A DNA stretch of 64,000 nucleotides, taken from assembly GCA_963843845.1 (NCBI GenBank), contig CAWJMB010000005.1, positions 32,001-96,000 of the forward strand, in the 5' to 3' direction. The notes beneath the pieces were generated by a model, which ran no database searches, was not told the DNA's origin, and was given only the letters and a program-made list of their open reading frames with translations. Source of the stretch: an uncultured Gemmatimonadaceae bacterium. GTDB lineage: Bacteria; Gemmatimonadota; Gemmatimonadetes; Gemmatimonadales; Gemmatimonadaceae. Below, piece after piece: positions 61,180 to 64,000 of this stretch. Position 1 is the stretch's first letter, and each line of letters opens with the position of its first letter. The position numbers and the translations under genes were made by a program.

Positions 61180-62656
61180 CTACATCCGCGCCGCCGGCGA
61201 CGACACGCGGCGCACGAGCTGGTCGAGGAAGTCGAGCCCGTCGTAGAACGACTTCACGCGCAGCTTCTCGTCGCGCCCGTGCGCGTTCCCCTCGCCAGGC
61301 ACGGAGAACAGCCCGCTCACGCCGAACGTCGGGATCCCCGCGTCGCGGAGCTGCCGCCCGTCGGTCGCGCCGGTCGACATCGTCGGGATGATCGGGATGT
61401 CGCCGAACATCCGGCGCGTCAGCTCCGTCGTCGCGGCGAGCAGCGCGGGCTCGATCGGCGCCGGCGTGACGCCGAAGCGGCGCGTGTTCTGGAACGTCAC
61501 CGCGATCCCCGTGTCGGCGAGCGCCTTCACGATGCCGTCGCGCGTCTCCTCGGCGCTCGACGTCGGCGCGATGCGGCAGTTCACGTTCGCCGTCGCGCGC
61601 TGCGGCAGCGCGTTGTTCGCGTGGCCGCCCGCCAGGCGCGTCGCGACGCAGCTCGTGCGCGAGCATGGAGGCGTAGCGGTCGTCGCCGCGAAGCGTCGCC
61701 GTCGCCGCGGCGTCGTTCGGGTTCCGCACGATCGCCCGCATCGCCGACGCCAGGTCGGCGCGCGGCTCGACCTTCGCCGTCTCCTCGAAGAAGCCGCGCG
61801 TCACCGCGTTCAGCGTCACCGGGAAGCGGTGCCGCGACAGCCGCGCGAGCCCCGCGGCGAGCTGGTAGATCGCGTTGTCGGCGCGCGGCACGCTGGAGTG
61901 CCCGCCGGGGTTCGTCGCCGTCAGCGTGAAGTCGGTGTAGACCTTCTCCGCCGCCTGGATCGAGTGGAAGAGCGGCCTGCCGTCCGGGGTCAGCGTGCCG
62001 CCGCCGCCCTCGTTGATCGCGTACGCCGCGTCGATCAGCGCCTTGTGGTTCTCGAGCAGCCACGAGACCCCGTTCTTCGGTCCGCCCTCCTCGTCGGCGG
62101 TGAGCGCGAGGATCAGGTCGCGGTCGGGGGTCCACCCTTCGCGCTTCCACCACAGCAGGTTCGCCGCGAAGATCGCCGCCATCGACTTGTCGTCCGACGT
62201 GCCGCGGCCGAGGAAGTAGCCGTTCTCCTCGTGCAGCGTGAACGGGTCGCGCGGCCAGTCGGCGCGGTTGGCGGCGACCACGTCCAGATGCGCGAGAAGC
62301 AGGATCGGCTTCTGCCCGTTCGGCGCCTTGCCGCGGTAGCGCACGACGAGGTTCCCCTTGTCGGGGCGGTCGGCGGGGACGAGCAGGTGCACGTCGCCCG
62401 CCGGGAAGCCGGCCGCGCGGAACCGCTCCGCCATCGCCGCCGCGGCCGTCGTCACGTTGCCGACCGAGTCGGCGGTGTTGATCTCGACGAGCTGCTCGTA
62501 GACGTCGCGCGCGAGCTGCTGGCGCGGCGTGAGCGTGCGGGGGCCGGCCGGCGCCGGGGCGGCCGGCGCCTGCGCGTGCGACGCGCCGGCGGCGAGCAGG
62601 GAGCCTAACGCCAGGGTGCCTAACGCGACGCCGAGCGTGCCGAGTCTGGTGCGCAT
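61180..62656 (-). CDS. M20/M25/M40 family metallopeptidase (frameshift near 61660)
   Basis: LAHLDVV, GRGTSDDK, TADEEGG, NEGGGG, GGHSS, GATDGR, AHGRDE. Confidence 0.92.
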
Positions 62657-62664
62657 GCGGTCTC

Positions 62665-63012
62665 CTATTTTCCGGTCCACGTCTTCCACTCGGCCTCGTT
62701 CGCGCCGAGGGTGAGCTTGTGCTGGAAGCGCACGAGCGGGGTCTTGATGAGCAGCGGCTCGTCGGCGAGCAGCTGCAGCCACCGCTCGTCGCCGTAGAGC
62801 GCCGTGCGCAGCCCCAGCTCGGCGAAGCGCTTCCCCTCGCGGTCGATCAGCGCCTGCGCGCCGAACTTCTGCGCGAAGCGGCGCAGCTCGCCGAGGCTCG
62901 CGGCGCGCTCGTTCAGGTCGACGAAGTGCGTCTTCACGCGGCGCTCGGCGAAGAAGCGCATCGCCTTGCGCGTGTCGGCGTCCTTCTTCGTGCCGAAGAT
63001 CTGGACTTCCAC
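62665..63012 (-). CDS. ArsC/Spx/MgsR-family protein lacking cysteines
   Basis: VQIFGTKKDADTRKAMRFF, EPLLIKTPLV. Confidence 0.8.
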   Translation of the reverse strand: MEVQIFGTKKDADTRKAMRFFAERRVKTHFVDLNERAASLGELRRFAQKFGAQALIDREGKRFAELGLRTALYGDERWLQLLADEPLLIKTPLVRFQHKLTLGANEAEWKTWTGK

Positions 63013-63014
63013 GG

Positions 63015-63902
63015 CTACCGCACCGCCCCGCGCCGCCACGCGTCGTAGCGCCGTCTGAGCTCCAACAACGGGTTGTCCTCCCCCTTCGCCACCGTCACGG
63101 AGAGCGCCAGCCACGGCGCCCTGGGCGTGCCCTGGTCGCTCATCCCGATCCGCTCGGCGGCGTACGGCGCGTCGGTCCCGCGCGCGACGAGGATCATCGC
63201 CGTCGCCGCGGTCTGCCGGACCGTCGCGGTGTTGCAGCGCACGTCGCCGCCGGCCGCCGACCCCGCCTCGACGGCGCGCATCAGTCGGTCGGAGAGCGTG
63301 TTGAAGCCGGCGGGGTCGTCCCAGGTGAACGCGGCGAGCGTGCCCGAGACCACGCCTTCGCCGGCGAGCGTGTTCCCCTGCGCGCTGACGCCGCGGCTCG
63401 CGTCCGAGCGCACGCCCGCCCACGGCGCGTGGCCGTTGACCGGCGCACGGCCGTCGAGCATCGGCTTCCCGGTGAACCCGGCCGTCTGCACCTTGCCGCC
63501 GCGCATCGTCACGACGCCGTACTGGCGACTGCCCAGCCGCGCGTCGGTCGTGCTGTCGCTCACGCGCCGGACGATCTCGTCGGCCGTCAGCCCCTCCTGC
63601 AGCGCGGCGAACACCCGGTTGCGGTTGTCGACGTCGAAGGCGGCCTGCGTCGCCGCGGCGCCCTTGCCCGGAACGAGCGCGGCGAGCGCGTCGGCCAGCG
63701 TGTTCGCGACGCACGAGGCCATCGCGACGCCCACGTCGCCGGTCGCCGGATCGACGCCGACGACCGACCAGGTGTTCATGTCGAGCGTCTCGCCGCGCCG
63801 CGCCCGCGCGTCGGACCGGTCGGAGACCGACGACGACGGGCGGTGACAGCCCGCGAGGGCGGCGAGCGCGACGAGGGCGGCGCGGCGCGAGGAGGCGTGC
63901 AT
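63015..63902 (-). CDS. DUF1028 (Ntn-hydrolase-like) lipoprotein
   Basis: LAGC lipobox, TWSVVGVDPATGDVGVAMAS, GAAATQA, RQYGVV, QGNTLAG, AGGDVRC. Confidence 0.85.
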   Translation of the reverse strand: MHASSRRAALVALAALAGCHRPSSSVSDRSDARARRGETLDMNTWSVVGVDPATGDVGVAMASCVANTLADALAALVPGKGAAATQAAFDVDNRNRVFAALQEGLTADEIVRRVSDSTTDARLGSRQYGVVTMRGGKVQTAGFTGKPMLDGRAPVNGHAPWAGVRSDASRGVSAQGNTLAGEGVVSGTLAAFTWDDPAGFNTLSDRLMRAVEAGSAAGGDVRCNTATVRQTAATAMILVARGTDAPYAAERIGMSDQGTPRAPWLALSVTVAKGEDNPLLELRRRYDAWRRGAVR

Positions 63903-64000
63903 GAGAGCTGGCCGCGAGGAGTGGGGAGTGGTAACCGACGACGTCGTGCCGGGCGCGACGCGATGGTCAGGAAGGATGGAGGAAGGGATCGCGACTCGCC

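Noticed and set aside
6822..62625. Integron cassette array suggested by GTTAGGC/GCCTAAC cores
   Set aside because: There is no integrase, the cores are unpaired and inside housekeeping CDSs, and no attC-like hairpins flank genes.
6822..62625. bldA-type TTA-codon regulation
   Set aside because: It would not require fixed flanking bases CG and GGC, and the affected genes share no function.
1391..62656. Frameshifts in many genes as pseudogenisation or programmed frameshifting
   Set aside because: They hit essential genes (ispG, murB), often compensate each other, and come without in-frame stops or slippery motifs. Uncorrected long-read indels are the simplest explanation.

Overview
High-GC bacterial chromosomal segment, most consistent with Gemmatimonadota. 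This is inference from a SusC/SusD pair and PEP-CTERM proteins in a very GC-rich background. It holds about 60 mostly housekeeping genes: argH-ilvE, a cold-shock protein, ispG, an ECF sigma/anti-sigma pair, susCD, a GH109-symporter-nucleotidyltransferase-kinase sugar operon, DNA repair genes (MBL exonuclease, ATP-dependent ligase, uvsE), HU, a complete his operon, an M16 peptidase pair, murB, an ABC-F protein, a 1904-aa PEP-CTERM surface protein, thiO and a PQQ dehydrogenase. Many genes, including essential ones, carry single-base frameshifts, most likely long-read errors. I found no rRNA, tRNA, CRISPR, transposase or integrase. Four signals are not explained by the gene list. (1) The octamer CGTTAGGC occurs 15 times, always on the coding strand and in frame as NCG-TTA-GGC, and accounts for almost every TTA codon I could find. 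(2) An unannotated leaderless His-rich leader peptide with a terminator/antiterminator lies upstream of hisG. (3) A family of inverted tandem-repeat hairpins (7-, 9- and 14-bp units) sits between genes and inside coding sequences. (4) TANNNT-N6/7-ATG leaderless starts recur. Also notable are apparently catalytically dead HD, Wzc-like and ArsC-like proteins, and twin small membrane proteins behind the giant PEP-CTERM gene. All counts and alignments were made by eye.
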